From the human T2T-CHM13v2.0 reference genome, Homo sapiens: DNA of 64,000 nt. Below are positions 1 through 21,324 of this stretch, piece by piece. The translations under genes and the position numbers were made by a program. The DNA is taken from NCBI RefSeq assembly GCF_009914755.1, contig NC_060927.1. One strand, written 5' to 3'. Position 1 is the first letter of the stretch. Every line of letters begins with the position of its first letter. The notes beneath the pieces were generated by a model that was not told the DNA's origin, searched no databases, and was given only the letters and a program-made list of their open reading frames with translations.

Positions 1-124
1 CACCTCCTTAAGTTGAATAGAAGTAGGAGGCCTAGACTTGGCCTTGGGGGTTTTTCAAGGTGATAATGAGATGGCATTCTGTCCAACTTCTGCCTTATTT
101 TAGTTCCTGGTTTATTTGCTTTAT

Positions 125-235
125 TATCTCTACTAGATTTTAAGTTGTTTTTGCAGGGACAGTGTCATTTTCAGAGTTGAATTCCTCACTGTGTCAACCA
201 AGGTCATGCCTGTCATATAGTAGGTGTTCAGGTAG
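125..235 (+). mobile_element. L2 3'-end fragment
   Basis: ctagattttaag...cagggacagtgtc...gcctgtcatatagtaggtgttca resembles the L2 3' terminus. Confidence 0.55.
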
Positions 236-449
236 CCAGAGATTCAGAGTGGGGTTTCCAAAATTTCTCTAATGATAGAACCAAAGGGGTGAAAAAAAAA
301 TTAAGAGATTATTCTAGCTCTGGGCAGCAATAACTCCTAATTCATACAAGACTAATTTCTATATCTTGATAATGGAGAGCTTTCCTTCTAGGGCCAGAAA
401 TATTTCTGTGTACTCTACCAGGACACTCTTTGGGGGATCTAGGTATTAA

Positions 450-819
<370 letters not shown>

Positions 820-1140
820 TAATCTAAACTTTGATGAAGTTTGAAAAAGCTCTTTTTGCCCCCAGCAAAAAGTACACCCCTTTAGGAACAGGCATGCTCT
901 TGACTACCACATTTACTCCCTCTCAGCCCCAGGCCTGCTTTATTCTCAGACCATAGAAAACTTTCTAGGAGCTTGATGCCAAAAGCTTCAAGTGCAATCA
1001 ATTCTGGGAATGCCATCCATTTACTTACTACATCTAATACATAGGATTATGTGTTTTTAAAATTTTTTACTCTGAGGCAAATATTATTTCTGTCTGGACT
1101 GCTGTGTAGTGTCCAATTATGTGAGCATGAATGGATTTAA

Positions 1141-1449
<309 letters not shown>

Positions 1450-1718
1450 TAGGAATGCCAAACAGCTTTTAGCTCCCTGTATGTGCCAAGCTATGTCTGA
1501 TCTATAGGCAAAATGATACGATTGTTCTTTACCTGTTTGGCTGAGATCTGAGTATCCAAGACCAGGAAGTAACAATGTTACAATGGGACAGCACAGAATT
1601 TATTGTGTGCAGCATATACTACGTAATAGATCTTTAATATAGGTTGTTTTATTTAATGCTCAGAATTATCTCATGCAATATCAATAAGAGGACATGTAGT
1701 ATAGGGGTTAGGAATTTA

Positions 1719-2228
<510 letters not shown>

Positions 2229-2229
2229 T

Positions 2230-2395
2230 TTCTAGCTGCATGATCTAGAGTAGGCCACTTACCCTTCTTTGCCTTAGTTTGTTTCTCTATAAAATGGGAA
2301 TGATAATAATTGAACTTGCCGCATTAGATTGCATTGAGGATCAAATGAGCCAGTACAAATAAGACACTTACAACAGTGTCTGGCACGTGTTATAC
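2230..2395 (+). mobile_element. MIR
   Basis: Core ccttagtttgtttctctataaaatgggaatgataat...gaggatcaaatgag...cagtgtctggcac. Confidence 0.75.
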
Positions 2396-2424
2396 TCTAT
2401 CCAGAGGTTCTGTTCAAGGGTTAG

Positions 2425-2756
<332 letters not shown>

Positions 2757-2774
2757 AAGGGTTAGCTATTATTA

Positions 2775-2905
2775 GTGCTTCAAGTTTAGAGATGAGCAAT
2801 TTGGGTTCTAAGAGATGTTTATACTACTTGTTCAAGGTCACACAATTAACAAATGACGGCACTAATTTTTAAACCCAAGTCTGTCCACTTTCAAAGACCA
2901 TATTG
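2775..2905 (-). mobile_element. MIR
   Basis: tttagagatgagcaatttggg...cttgttcaaggtcacacaatt...aaacccaagtctgtc. Confidence 0.7.
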
Positions 2906-3472
2906 TTTCCAGTACCTATCACTGCCTTCAGTAGGATAAAGACAGTTAACTTTTCCAAATGAGGGGCCATCTGTTAACACTTGTACTCACAAGAACAAGG
3001 CGAAATATTAAGGAGTTAAAGAGAGTAGGTCTTCAGACAAATTCACAGAAAACTGCCTTCAGTTTATGTACTTTTCATAGTCTAGTATCACTTTCTGGGG
3101 TCATGGAAGTAGGTGTTTTTCTGCTAGGAGCAATCAAGAGTTGTCAACATGCAAACACCATGTAAAGGTTAGCTGTCATGATTAGAGTGTGCCAATTTTA
3201 TAGTGGGGAACCTGGGCTTAAAGAAATTAAGTGCAGGTCCCTGAGGGAATACTCTAAAGCGAGACATAAGTGTGTGGCACACACACAGCAAGAAGAGTTT
3301 TGGTGGGAGGTAGACTGCATGAATCAATGTACAGCCAAGAGGACTGCTTAGAACTGGCGCCTGACTGCTTAGGTTGCTTGCACTGGAGGAGGGCAAAGAA
3401 ACTGAGGGCAAGCACAGAGAGTAGGGTGAAGATGTAAAAGGGAAGATAGCAGGCACAGTAAAGGTAAAATAG

Positions 3473-4172
<700 letters not shown>

Positions 4173-4250
4173 TGAATGCTCTCTCTTAAAGACCTAATAC
4201 TTACGGCCAAAGATTTGTATTCATCACAATGTTATTTAAAATAGAAAAAA

Positions 4251-4911
<661 letters not shown>

Positions 4912-4916
4912 CAATA

Positions 4917-5208
4917 ATTTTTGTTTTTTTTGAGACAGAGTCGAGTTCTGCTGCCCATGCTGGAGTGCAGTGGCATGATCTCACACACTGCAACCTCCAC
5001 AGCCCCGGTTCAAGCAATTCTTGGGCCTCAACCTCCCGAGTAGGATTACAGGCATGCACCACCATGTCTGGCTAGTTTTTGTATTTTTAGTAGAGATGAG
5101 GTTTTGTCATGTTGGCCAGGCTGGTTTCAAACTCCTGACCTCAAGTGATCCGCCCACCTCGGCCCATCAAAGTGCTGGGATTATAGGTGTGAGCCACTGT
5201 GCCCAGCC
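4917..5208 (-). mobile_element. AluS-like
   Basis: Full dimer directly abutting the previous Alu. Confidence 0.9.
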
Positions 5209-5281
5209 ATCATCTACTTTTGAAATAAACAGAAGTGTCAAAGAAACAAAACTTGCAAATGTATCTTCTAAACGTAGATGA

Positions 5282-5584
<303 letters not shown>

Positions 5585-6682
5585 TAGATGACTTCTTCAG
5601 TCTCATATTTCCCCTTGGAATATCTTCCTTCTCTTCTCTCCTACCACATTTATTGAGCAATTGTATTAGACCCTTGGATTCTTTAACAAACAAGACAGGC
5701 ATGAGCCCTGCCCTTAAGAATACTGAAAAACTAGCTTTCAACAGTCAGAGTAGGTATTTGTCCATAATTTGGTGCATATGCTCACCTTTAATGACCTCAG
5801 TGCTTGTTTTATTCTGTGTTGGCCTTTAACATGCTCTCCTAGGTCACAAGCAGGGTAGCCAATACTGCCTTGGGCTGGTACACAAGATTTTAAAGACTTT
5901 ACTGTCTACTTTTGTGACTTTTTATCAACAGCTACTACCTCTGAAATTGGTGTCTTAAGGACACCTTGGAAAACCCATGGACATGTCATCTTTCATTTGA
6001 AAAGAATAGTAGCCACAGTGAGATGGCCATGGGGTTGGGGAGGAGCAGTCATTTAGCCTGTGACCATATAGTGTTGAGTTTCACACTAAGACTCCTTAGA
6101 TTTGGCTTACACCAAATTGGCAGAGATATTGGCTCACGGACGTTCAAAGAGAATTCTTTTTGGGCCAGCACTCTCAGCTCAGCTCGCAGGCTCAACTGAT
6201 GAACTGCTACCACTTTATTCTTTATGGTTCCCGTCTAGCATCTGGCTTCTCCTTACCTGCCTATGTGCCTAATCTGTTTCATCTGAGTAGCAAAGGCAGG
6301 ATACTGATTCTTAGAGAGTTTCTTTGGTCAGTGTGGTCAGTGAGGTATTGTAGAGCACAGCACACTATTTCCCTAGTCCCCCACCTGCCACCTCTGGTGG
6401 TGATAGCCATGACAGAATGTGATAGAATCATATTTTGAGGTTTTCTTTGCCCACAAGATATTCCCAGTGTATTTTAGGAGGCATATCTAACTTACCACAG
6501 GCATCTAAACAAGGTTCAAACTTCTGATCTGTAGATAGGGCAAGACTGGTCTGTTTCTGCCTCTGACAGATAAGTTGGAACAATTTCTTTGAGTGCAGGC
6601 ACTAAGAAGTTTCCAATGAACAGTCTGGGAGTGAGGAGCTAGAGCTGGAATGTGCAGAATGACTATGTGTAAGCCCCTAATA

Positions 6683-6852
6683 CAGGGCTGACTTCATGAG
6701 CGTGCAACCTGTGAAGTCCTACAGATTCTGCTTAGAAGGGCCCTGCCGTTAGGTTTAGTGCTCTGCTGTCACTGTCTTGGAATGATTAATGATTTTCAAA
6801 CAAAGGGTCTCCATTGAATTTTGTACTAGGCAAAATTATGTAGCTAGTCCTG
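6683..6852 (+). mobile_element. MER91A-like hAT-Tip100 MITE
   Basis: Starts cagggctgacttcatgagcgtgcaacctgtg, ends aaattatgtagctagtcctg (terminal inverted repeats CAGG...CCTG). Confidence 0.8.
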
Positions 6853-6871
6853 CTCATGTGCAGTAAGTACA

Positions 6872-7060
6872 GGAGGACCAGACAGATTGGGGTTCAAATT
6901 CAGACTCAGATTTTTGCTAGCTGTGAGATCATAAGTGAATCCTCACTTAACTCTCTGAGCCTCAGTGTCCTCATCTGTTAAGTGGGGACAATTCCTCATT
7001 GTGAGAAATACTTAAATGGGAAAACATAGTTTAAAGAGCTAGTATGGTGCTAGGCACACT
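6872..7060 (+). mobile_element. MIR
   Basis: gggttcaaattcagactc...cttaactctctgagcctcagtgtcctcatctgttaagtgggga. Confidence 0.85.
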
Positions 7061-7859
7061 GCAGATATCTGTCTACCCAACCATTTATCTGTTTGATCAT
7101 CTATCTACACATCCAACAAGCATTTACTATTTGCCTATTCGCATAAGGCACAATGCAAAGTTGAATAAAACATGCTTTCAAATAGCTTACAACAGGAGAG
7201 AGAAGATTTCTCCATCCACAATGATCCTGACCAAGAGAATTTAAATATGGCATAAATTAGAAGACTGGTTATTATTTGCAGAAAGGTAGAAAGGAGGTAA
7301 GAGGGAAGTGTGTGTAAAATTTAGGGATGAGAAGGTGAGTCTATAATCTGAGACAGCCTAAGTCTCAGACAAAAGTTAACAGGAGCTATGACAATTGTAG
7401 TCTCATTTCAACAAATTCCCCAGGAAGGAAGAGGATGATAATATGGATGAAGACAGAAGAAAAAATGTAGGAAGGGAGATGGCAGAGTTAAAGGTCTAGG
7501 GCTGAGAAAAGAACAAAATTGGATCCAATAACTGAATAGAATATACAATTTAACACTGGCCTTGTCAAGCCAAGCAGTTGGCTTTAAAATAATAAGAGAT
7601 TTCTTGTTTTAACTGTAACAGTTTTTATCAGGTTAAGCATGTAAGCAGACTAGCAATGCACATAGATGGGGCAATTTACCATCTTGGTTTAGTAAACGAG
7701 TTTATGTGCTGTGTTGAAACAGTGCAACGTCCTTAATCCAATATCTGATGAAGGAGCACTGGTAGAAGAATTAATTTACCACACAGTAATTAAAGAGGGG
7801 TATGCACTATATATACTGTGAAAGTCTCTGAAATGAATATTTGATAAACAATTTCTGGT

Positions 7860-7923
7860 AAATTAAAAACCTGAAATGTTAAATTAAATGCAAATTAAAA
7901 ATCTGGAATGTTAAATTAATTAA
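7860..7923. repeat. 32-bp tandem duplication
   Basis: aaattaaaaacctgaaatgttaaattaa / aaattaaaaatctggaatgttaaattaa. Confidence 0.8.
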
Positions 7924-8579
7924 ATACAGAAACCTGCATCAAATATCATTATAGGTCTCAGTTAAATCAGAGATGAAAAAAAAAAAAAGCCAAGTAATTC
8001 AGCATCACATCATGCCAGCGTGCACTCTTGACTCACCTGTTGGGAATAAATGACGGTGCCAGGAACTTCAGCTTTACTGGTGAATTTACATATCATATGC
8101 ACAATCATTTCTGGGCACCTTTTACTTGTGAAACTAAGTAAGGAATGAAATGAACTTTTTGCTTTATCATGGAAAAAAAGGCTAGGAGACTTATTCACAT
8201 CACTGGATCCTCTTCTAGTTTGAGCTAAGGACGGCCAAATTGCTACATAAAGGGTACCCTCAAGGCAGAGTAATTCATACTGCGTGCTGGCTGAGCTTAT
8301 GTCTGATGGGCAGCAGAATAATCAGCTTGCAAAATCAGGCTCAGAATGTTCCTGGAGACGTGCCTTTTGCTGTGGTTTTGCTGTGGTTTTGTTGTGAAGC
8401 CCTGTTGCCCCAAAAGGGAATCTAATGGGTAGAGGTCAGTCATAACTTCTTGGATTTCTTGACCATAGGAGATGCCTATAAACCCTGACCTACTGTCATC
8501 TGACTCTTGGTTTGAACACAGAATCAATCCATCAGTCCCAGTTGCTTCTCTAGATTTGAAATTCTGTACCAGCCACTGA

Positions 8580-8949
<370 letters not shown>

Positions 8950-9137
8950 TGAAGCACAAAATGCTGACACGTCAGAAAGCTGCAGCAGGAATAACTAATC
9001 AATGTGAGTGCTTTATAATTTTGGCTCTAACTTCTGCAAATTAACCAGCGTCCTAAAGCTGTCATAAGCCACCGAAGTAGGTGGTTTTCTTGGTCTGAGT
9101 CTCTGGGGTCTATATCATGAACACTTGAGATATATAA

Positions 9138-9544
<407 letters not shown>

Positions 9545-9601
9545 ACATATCTCTATTTTAGCACAAATTCTGTATTGCAATTATTTTAAAAAAATATACT
9601 A

Positions 9602-9930
9602 ATTTTTTATTTTATTGTTATATTTATTTATTTATTTATTTTATTTTCGAGACAGAGTTTCGCTCTTGTTGCCCAGGCTGGAGTGCAGTAGTGCAATCTT
9701 GGCTCACCGCAACCTCCGCCTCCTGGGTTCAAGGGATTCTCCTCCCTCAGCCTCCTGAGTTGCTGGGATTACAAGCATGTGCCACCACGCCTGGCTAATT
9801 TTGTATTTTTAGTAGAGATGGGGTTGCTCCATGTTGGTCAGGCTGGTCTCAAACTCCCGACCTCAGGTGATCCACCCACCTCAGCCTCCCAAAGTGCTAG
9901 GATTACAGGCATGAGCCACCGTACCTGGCC
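9602..9930 (-). mobile_element. AluSp-like
   Basis: gagtttcgctcttgttgccc, ctccatgttggtcagg, aactcccgacctcagg. Confidence 0.93.
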
Positions 9931-9944
9931 AAAATATAGTAAAT

Positions 9945-11050
<1,106 letters not shown>

Positions 11051-11051
11051 A

Positions 11052-11636
<585 letters not shown>

Positions 11637-13354
11637 ATATATCTCCCAAAAAGAAACACTGCAACCTCTATGAGAAACCTGTTGCTAAAAGTAAAGAGGT
11701 ATACCCCAGATAGCCTTCCACAGGAAGCCTGATGTGTAAAATATTCTATCAGAGATGGTATTGTGGAAGTTGGTCTGGGATTCAGGAAGCTTGGGCTATG
11801 GTCCCAGTTTTACCATTATGTAATCTTTTGAAATTAGGTATATTATGAATATCTTTGGGGTTGTTTTCTCACCTGTAAACAAGATAGTTAAACAAGATGA
11901 CTACTGTTACTAAACACTACTAAAGCCAAATCACGTTTATCCCATATGTTCCAGATTGCTCTTTTCCCATTAACTCAAGACAGTTTGTGAACTCTAAATA
12001 ACACATATATCTGATGGTAAGGGACTAGGGATGAAAGTCAGCAGTGTCACAATATACATTATAGCTGAAATAGATTTGAAATGTACTTTTGAGAAAGTTC
12101 CCAAGTCTAAGGTTCTGACTTACTGAATTTTTTTGAAAAGTCATGAAGAGTCCATCAAATGATGCCATGGAGAAAATATGAGTAAGAAACCATATTAGTA
12201 TTGAAGTTGGTAATTTAAATTAGTTGAGGTAGTTACAAATCATCTCAGATTAATCCTTAAACTAATTGAATTACATAGGCTATGAAATCATATTCCAAGG
12301 ATAATTTCTACACAATAAAATTAGACCTTTTGTAGGAAAAGAGGGGCAGCTGAATTAGTATTAATTGCATTTATAGTTTTTTTAAAAATATTCAATTTGT
12401 CCCAGGCAGTGAGCATCATGAGCCTACATGTTAAAATTAATACATCACATGAGACAAATGTTTAAACTGGAAGAACCAGTTAATAATTAAATTTGGCTCA
12501 CTTCTTCAATGAAAGTCGAAGAACACAGACATGTCTTCAGCTAAAAAAAATTTTATTATATGTATATATATTTGTGTGTGTACATATCCACCTATTTATG
12601 TAAGTACATATATATGTGTATGTTATATACACATATAAATAATATTCTAAGGTATGTAAAATGAGGATAATACAAAGAAGCAAAACCTCAAGTGGATGGT
12701 AATGCTCATTGAAAGCTCAAATTAAACATGAGTTAAAGAACAACTGCAAGTGTACTGTCTGTTTGTTAAGCAGTCTTGTGTAAGGAAATAAGACATACAG
12801 AAAGACTTGTGGGTTTAAAGACATAGCCCCCCTTCCAGAGTGTGCAAGCGCACACATGTACATTCACAATGAAATAATTACCAGAATTAATAATAATCCT
12901 TTGGTTTCCTTTTCTCTTTAGTAAAATCCAATTCTATCTTGAAGATTTTGTTCATGGAAAAAAAACAAAAAACAAAAAACAAAACCCTTCATGTTTATTC
13001 ACCCACTTCCCACACCTACCAAAGCACATATATGAGATTGGTCCAGAAATAGAGTTGCAGGTCTGTGTTCTGTAGTGATTAAAAAAGAAACTTCCTTTAT
13101 ACCAGTAGCATTTCCCGTAGGTATAGTCAATTTCCAACAGCAATAGACGATGTAATTATACTGATGTAAATCACAGCGAGATGAGTTGAGGGGATTGGCC
13201 TTTCACCTTCTTTAATTCATTGAAAGATCTTATCTTTTTGACAGCTGCTATCAGGCAGAGCAAAGGTCTGGGAGGCAGGATATTTTTGGGGGTAACTAAT
13301 TTGCTTGAAGAAAATAAATTATTGCAAACATTCAAAATAAATGAGATAATCCAA

Positions 13355-13652
13355 GGCTGGGCGTGGTAGCTCACACCTGTAATCCCAGCACTCTGGGAGG
13401 CTGAGGTGGGTGGATTGCTTGAGGCCAGGAGTTCGAGACCAGCCTGGCCAACATGGTGCAACCCTGTCTCTACTAAAAATACAAAAATTGCCTGGGCGTG
13501 GTGGCACACAGCTATAATCACAGCTACTCAGGAGACTGAGGTAAGAGAATCGCTTGAACCTGGGAGGCAGAGGTTGAGGTGAGCCAAGATCGTGCCACTG
13601 CATGCCAGCCTGGGCAACAGAGTGAGACTGTGTCTGAAAAAAAAAAAGAAGA
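13355..13652 (+). mobile_element. AluS/J-like
   Basis: Full dimer with A tail. Confidence 0.93.
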
Positions 13653-13700
13653 AGTAAAATAATCCAGGTTTAGCAGAGATTGTTTTTTTCTCCCCATCTT

Positions 13701-13994
<294 letters not shown>

Positions 13995-14112
13995 TCCCCA
14001 TCTTAATCATTGTCCTTGTGTACTGTGCCCTCTTTATCTCTCTGTCCATAAGTCTCTCTCAATCTTTTTCTCCCTCATAAAACATTAGCTATTCTTTCAG
14101 GCCTCCCTGTTT

Positions 14113-14118
14113 CATATA

Positions 14119-14168
<50 letters not shown>

Positions 14169-14215
14169 TATATATATATACACACATATATATACACAAA
14201 CTATATATACACACA
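14113..14215. repeat. Compound (TG)n(TA)n(CA)n microsatellite
   Basis: (TG)7, then (TA)16, aa, (TA)7, then CA/TA mix. Confidence 0.95.
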
Positions 14216-14979
14216 AACAGACATACGCACACATTTTTTTTTCCTTCCTTGAATCCTTGCTGCCAGCTTGTGTGATTTGCATTGTTTGGACAGAAAAATC
14301 AACACTGCTAGAAGCCAGCATTCTGGGAACTACTTCTGCTCCAACCAAGTCTGTGACTTACTTTCACAGTTGCTTCCTGATTTGTTGCTTTTGTTTAAGA
14401 GACATTTCCTCTTGGACGAAACCAACTAAAATATAACATTAAATGTCCAGGATTGCGTGAGAGTCAAGGCAGCTCTAACGACTATGACTGATGGGAGTTG
14501 GTGCTGAGAAAACCAGAAGCCAAAAGAGATGTAGCATTTGCCACCCAACTGGAAATGAAAAGATGCCTGAAGTTTGGTGGTTTCTCTTCCCCTCCACCAC
14601 GTTCCTTTTATTTTTGTGGCAAACCTTGAAACAAAGCTGGAAGAAAAGTGCTTTTTATTTGGTGGGTGGTGGAGGTTCTGACTCAGGCTTTACAAACATG
14701 ACATTGCTTGAACCTCAAGATGAACGTTCCCACAGGATTCCAGAGAAACAAAGCTGCCTGCTGCATTGTGTGGTAACAACATTCACCTTGGGAATTCCGG
14801 CAGCACCGGGGAGGTGGCCACACAGGTGCAGGTTTTCTGAAGCACATGAATGGAGTTGCCAGAGTTCAAAGAGGTTTTTGAACTTTAGACCTAGGCTTTC
14901 TTGGTTGCATTTGGCCTATTTGGATGGTAGATTTAGGTCTGGAACTACTAAAGCAGAAATTTCCAAAACTCTCATGAAT

Positions 14980-15285
14980 TATTATTATTATTATTATTAT
15001 TTTGAGTCAGAGTCTTGCTCTGTCGCCCAGGCTGGAGTGCAGTGGCATGATCTTGGCTCACTGCAAGCTCCGCCTCCCAGGTTCACGCCATTGTCCTGCC
15101 TCAGCTCCACCGAGTAGCTGGGACTACAGGCGCCCGCCACCACGCCCAGCTAATTTTTTGTATTTTTAGTAGAGATGGGGTTTCACTGTGTTAGCCAGGA
15201 TGGTCTCGATCTCCTGACCTCATGATCCGCCCGCCTCAGCCTCCCAAAGTGCTGGGATTACAGGCGTGAGCCACCGCGCCCGGCT
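14980..15285 (-). mobile_element. AluY-like with (TAT)n tail
   Basis: ctgcaagctccgcc, ttcacgccatt, gttagccaggatgg; flanking atgaattatta. Confidence 0.93.
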
Positions 15286-15384
15286 CAATGAATTATTAAG
15301 AAATTGGGTTTTGTTAATGAAAAATTAGAAGCATCCTACTACCTAATATAAGGGATTGTTAAATGAATAATAATATGTCCATAT

Positions 15385-15870
<486 letters not shown>

Positions 15871-16011
15871 TAAAAAGGAAACCTTATACAGTGCTCTTGG
15901 AGGTTCCCACTTTTGTGCTTGGCTCTTGGCACTAACTTAACAAGAAGAACAAAACTTGTGGCTTCATTACGGAAGGATCAAATGATAGAAAGCCCCCAGA
16001 AATTCCCCTAG

Positions 16012-16494
<483 letters not shown>

Positions 16495-16929
16495 TAAATG
16501 AATACATTGGCAGGGTACTGGCATAGGGGTGTAGGCTTGAAGTTTCATAAGCCAAAGTGAAACTGACTTCATCATGGAAATAAAGTATTTTAGACAAATA
16601 TCTGTCACTGTCGAGTGTTCTGCTGATGTGAAAATTCTAGCCAAAATGTTTGAAGTGACGTAGCCACTTATTGCTGGTGAACATGCTAGTCCTCTTTAGT
16701 GTGTAGAGACATTCTAGGTTTGCTTGTGACCTTGGCCAGCTTTTCATCCTAGAGACTTGGAATAGGTAAATGGGCAGTAGAGTTTCAGATCTCATGGATG
16801 AATGGCAATGTTTTAGATAAGCCATAGAACCATGAATGCAGGAGTCCCTAGTGCCCGTAAGCCAAGTAATTGCTCATCTGACATCTTTGGTCTCTTTACA
16901 TTAGCCAGCAAGGTCTTCGGCATTACTAG

Positions 16930-17142
<213 letters not shown>

Positions 17143-17151
17143 AGGCAGGTG

Positions 17152-17340
17152 GTGATTTACTCATGGCCCACTGTGGGCCAGGCATTTGCATACCTTGTGT
17201 CTCTCTTCTCTACGTGAACTCTGCAAAGTAGGCATGATTATCCTTTATTTTACAGATACGGAAACTGAGGCTCAGAGAACTTGAGTCATTGGGCCTACAA
17301 ATGTGTAATGCCTAAGAACCCATATCTGACTGAAAACTAA
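17152..17340 (-). mobile_element. MIR
   Basis: attttacagatacggaaactgaggctcagaga core. Confidence 0.85.
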
Positions 17341-17443
17341 TGTTGCTTCAATCATCACCATCATGATTTGACTATAAACACAAACCTCTGGACTTACTTG
17401 ATTATTTTTTAGTGGCCTGTTCAAGTCCAGGTAGTCCAGGTAG

Positions 17444-17843
<400 letters not shown>

Positions 17844-18115
17844 TAAAAATATCTTTTAAACAAAGAGAAGCAACATTTAAATTTAAGGAAAGCAACAGGT
17901 GATTTCATTCATTCTCCTCTGCTCTGTAGCCTCCCAAAGAGAACTCTTGCTCTTTTCAAAAAGTTAGGTAGCCATGGCTTTTCTATTTCAACTCAGGCTA
18001 TTATATCAGACTTTTACTTACTAATGGGAAGAGGGAAAGAAGAGACTAACTTTAATTGATACAATTACTTAAAAAAAATTCCTTTGTTAGGAAGATTTTA
18101 AACAAATAAGAATAG

Positions 18116-18460
<345 letters not shown>

Positions 18461-19239
18461 TATAAAATTTTGTAAGTCAGAGTGCTAGTAATTTGTCAGC
18501 CATTGTCACATAACATTCTTAGGCATCTCTATCCTCTTTGTTTTGCTTTCCTCTTTTCTCCACTTTGGATTGTTTCTGCAAGGACACAGCCACATCAGTG
18601 ATCTCTACAAGGTCATGAGGAAAGCTGGAAGTTCTGAATACACAGAAATTAAATTAGAGTGGTATTTTCCTTTTGGCTGTTTAAGAAAATGGAGCATTTC
18701 CCATCAACATTTACCACATGCAACTGAATTTACTGGCGATGTACCTGATTTGGACCAGTTTTACTGGAATCCCTGAGATTCAGAAGATAAAGCTCATTCT
18801 GAAATTTATGTGTTCAATTTTACCTACTTTGAGGTGACTCATTATAGCTTTCAGCCCATTTATGAAGTTTGTAAGTAGACCACTAAGCTGGTTGTTTTTC
18901 AAAGGGTTTTAATCAGTATTTTACTGCTATTTGTACAATACAAGACGCCATCCAATGCTAAATCAAAGAATGCTGTGATTTTCCACAAACTGCCCTTGGT
19001 CCTCAGAACCTTGGGTAGTTAAAAAATCTGTGTGGATTGGAGGCTTAGCCTTTGTTGAATAGGGGAGACCCAGATGTGAGTAGGAGGGACCTTTTTTAGG
19101 CAAATGAACTCCGAGAACAGCAGTGCACCTCAAACCTCAGTTGGGTGAAAGCACGTCACTAAAATGTGCTGACCAGCTCAGGCTAGAGGTATCAGTCTCC
19201 TTGAGGTGAGCCTAAAGGAGAGAATTTAGGGAAGGATCC

Positions 19240-19450
19240 TGGAGTCATGGTCAGGCAGCAGACTTAGTTCAAGCCCTGGGTCGGCTGCTTCTTAAAAAGG
19301 GATTCTAGATAAGATTTGAATCTGTCTGTTCCTCAGTTTCTTCATTTGTCAAATGGCAATGAATACGAGCACATGGTCCCTCACTACTGCCCCAGGATTG
19401 TTGTGAAAATCAACCCAAATAATGCCAGCATTTTGAATGGCTTAAAGCCC
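19240..19450 (+). mobile_element. MIR
   Basis: tctgttcctcagtttcttcatttgtcaaatgg...caggattgttgtgaaaatcaa. Confidence 0.7.
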
Positions 19451-19639
19451 TACTCAAATGAAAAAATATTTCAATCAATATTTATTTCTTTTAATGGTAA
19501 AAAATAGTATCATTAAGAAAAAAGTTTGAAAAGTATATATCTTACCTTCTTAATACCTTATTTTAATTTTTGAGTATTATTTTTGGTCATTGTGCACATA
19601 TCATATTTTTACAGACTTAAAGTCATGTTAGAATACTAT

Positions 19640-19935
19640 CGTATTTATTTTGCTTTTGTAGCTTAACATTTTATTATAAATATGGTTCTGGGTTACTGCA
19701 TTATCTTTATAATTATTATTTATGTGTTATTACCATGGTTGAACATTTAATTGATTTCGCTTTTATATATGAAACTGTCACGAACATCTTTGTGCATCAG
19801 TTACATCCTTAGGATAAATTCCCTGGGGTGTGATGAATGAGTGAAAATATATGGACGTTTTTATGGCTCTTAATAGATTTTGCCATATTGCTTTCCAAAG
19901 GTTAGTAACAATGAACCTGACACCAGCAATGAATG
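19640..19935 (-). mobile_element. Old L1M fragment
   Basis: gaacatctttgtgcat, ccttaggataaattccc, gccatattgctttccaaagg, caccagcaatgaatg. Confidence 0.6.
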
Positions 19936-20429
19936 TGTGTCATTTAAAAAGATTATTTTAAAGCAATTATCCACCAGTCATATGTGAAGACATGTCCCAG
20001 GATTCCTGTTTGGCAGGACCTTACATTTCTGACTCATTCATTCATAAGAAATAAGTAAATAAACAAGAAGACTGTGTATGCTGACTAAATGAAGGGTTCT
20101 ATTAGTTAGGATTCTAGAAAGGCTGGCCGATTATTGCTATTGTATGTGATACTTGCTGGCCCATTTGATTTTACAGATCTAGTGATATTTTTGCAAATTT
20201 TCTGGAACATATAGGGAACCAAGAAATATTGTAGTATCTGGAATCATTTGTAAAAAACTTACATAGAAGTAGGATTTTTTTTTCTTATGCTAGTTTTCAG
20301 AAACATGACTTTTTTTTTTTAAATCAATCAAGGTCTTTTTTGTTTTGTTTTGTTTTTTGGGGCTTTCAGATAGGTAATGCTTCAAAAGCATGCCTCAACC
20401 CTGAGTAGATATTAATATGTATGACTTAC

Positions 20430-21010
<581 letters not shown>

Positions 21011-21074
21011 TCAATTACTGTACTTCTTAATTAGCATTGTAAAAATATGTTTGTGTAGAATTAGCTTGCCTTTT

Positions 21075-21228
21075 TTGTTTGATTTTTTATTGAGATAGGG
21101 TCTTGCCCAGACTGGAGAGTGGTGGCATGATTATAGCTCACTGTAACCCCAAACTCCTGGCTCAAGCAATCTTCCTATCTCGGCCTCCAAAGTACTGGGG
21201 TTACAAGTGTGAACCACCATGTCCAGCC
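21075..21228 (-). mobile_element. Monomeric AluJ/FRAM-like element
   Basis: gagatagggtcttgccc...atagctcactgtaacc joined to aactcctggctcaagcaatc...ccaccatgtccagcc. Confidence 0.75.
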
Positions 21229-21324
21229 AGTTTGTCTTTTAAGAAGGCATTCTTGCACAATGGTATTTATTGGCTTTTTTGTTTATAAAAGTAGTGGGAT
21301 GAAGGAGCTTCTTTAGTTAATGTA

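Noticed and set aside
14491-15117. 208-aa ORF
   Set aside because: Runs into a (TAT)n tail and an Alu; no recognisable domain or exon structure
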